Assembly (NCBI GenBank): GCA_030141605.1
Contig: JAQGDQ010000795.1
Span: 31,027 to 95,026 of the forward strand
DNA from: Tubiluchus corallicola
Taxonomy: Eukaryota; Animalia; Priapulida
DNA length: 64,000 nucleotides
Reading direction: 5' to 3'
In this document: one piece after another, positions 63,326 to 64,000 of the stretch
Numbering within the stretch: position 1 is the stretch's first letter
Layout: each line of letters begins with the position of its first letter
Notes under the pieces: model-generated
The model's input: the letters and a program-made list of their open reading frames with translations, nothing else
Told to the model about the DNA's origin: nothing
Database searches by the model: none
Made by a program: the position numbers and the translations under genes

Positions 63326-64000
63326 GTGGGTCCTAAATAATATTGCATCTGGGCGAGGATACTATGATTAAAGTGGCCATAAAGTCAAGCTTATCTAAGT
63401 AAACAGTGGCAGTACTATTTGTGCACAGTGCGCGAGCAAAAACTGTATTATGTTGCTTGATAGTGGCTCCACCTGCGGGTGAACATTTGCAGTGCAAACC
63501 TGTAACAATTAACAGCATTATTTTTTGTTACACACACAGTTGATTATATTAAATGCTAATATAGTTTCCAAATGTAGAGACGCAGTTTATACTGGCATCG
63601 TACAAATTCAAAAAAGCTCTTGCTGTAGCTTCGGTTTTAATGCATAACCTCAAATCCATGCTTTCTTTCTCAATAAACTATTTCCAATGAAAAGCTGCCC
63701 CCTGGTAGTCAGAGCCGTAATGCGATGCTCTGTAAAAGAGGCAGAGGCGAGAATGAGAAAAAGTTAGTGATCTTACACAATAGGTGGCGTTGGGAATCTA
63801 TCATTTCTGTAATCATCGTTAGTGTTCCATTTCTGTAATCAAATCTTCAAAAATCATCTTTAAGTATTGATGTTTGTTTACTAACATTGATTACGATTGA
63901 CACATTTTCGTATTTTCGATGTTAAAATATAATCCTGGTCTCTTGAAGTCCCTGTAGTGAAAATTTTTGCAGTTCTGTCGCTACGATTGTTGAATTTGCC

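Overview
AT-rich, repeat-dense animal (probably invertebrate) genomic DNA. The main gene is a complete spliced SYK/ZAP70-family tyrosine kinase on the + strand: tandem SH2 plus kinase, 12 coding exons read by eye, 23012-48434, 539 aa. The first half of the window is a large interrupted palindrome. Bases ~1-14520 are the reverse complement of ~18392-32930 (x maps to 32912-x) around a ~3.9 kb spacer. This places a second, divergently oriented copy of the SYK promoter and all five tandem-SH2 exons on the - strand, running off the window inside a CAG/CTG repeat. The arms differ by only about 10 substitutions I could see (mostly transitions) plus microsatellite length. The inner junction lies at an inverted microhomology with a 51-bp minisatellite. 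The window also holds two exons of an RS-rich (RSRC1-like) gene, several minisatellite arrays, many DNA-transposon MITEs (hAT, pogo/Tigger, Kolobok-like, piggyBac-like), a Helitron-like element, LINE/LTR/Tc1 remnants, a tRNA-like SINE head and a 5S rRNA pseudogene. Most ORF-track entries are spurious.
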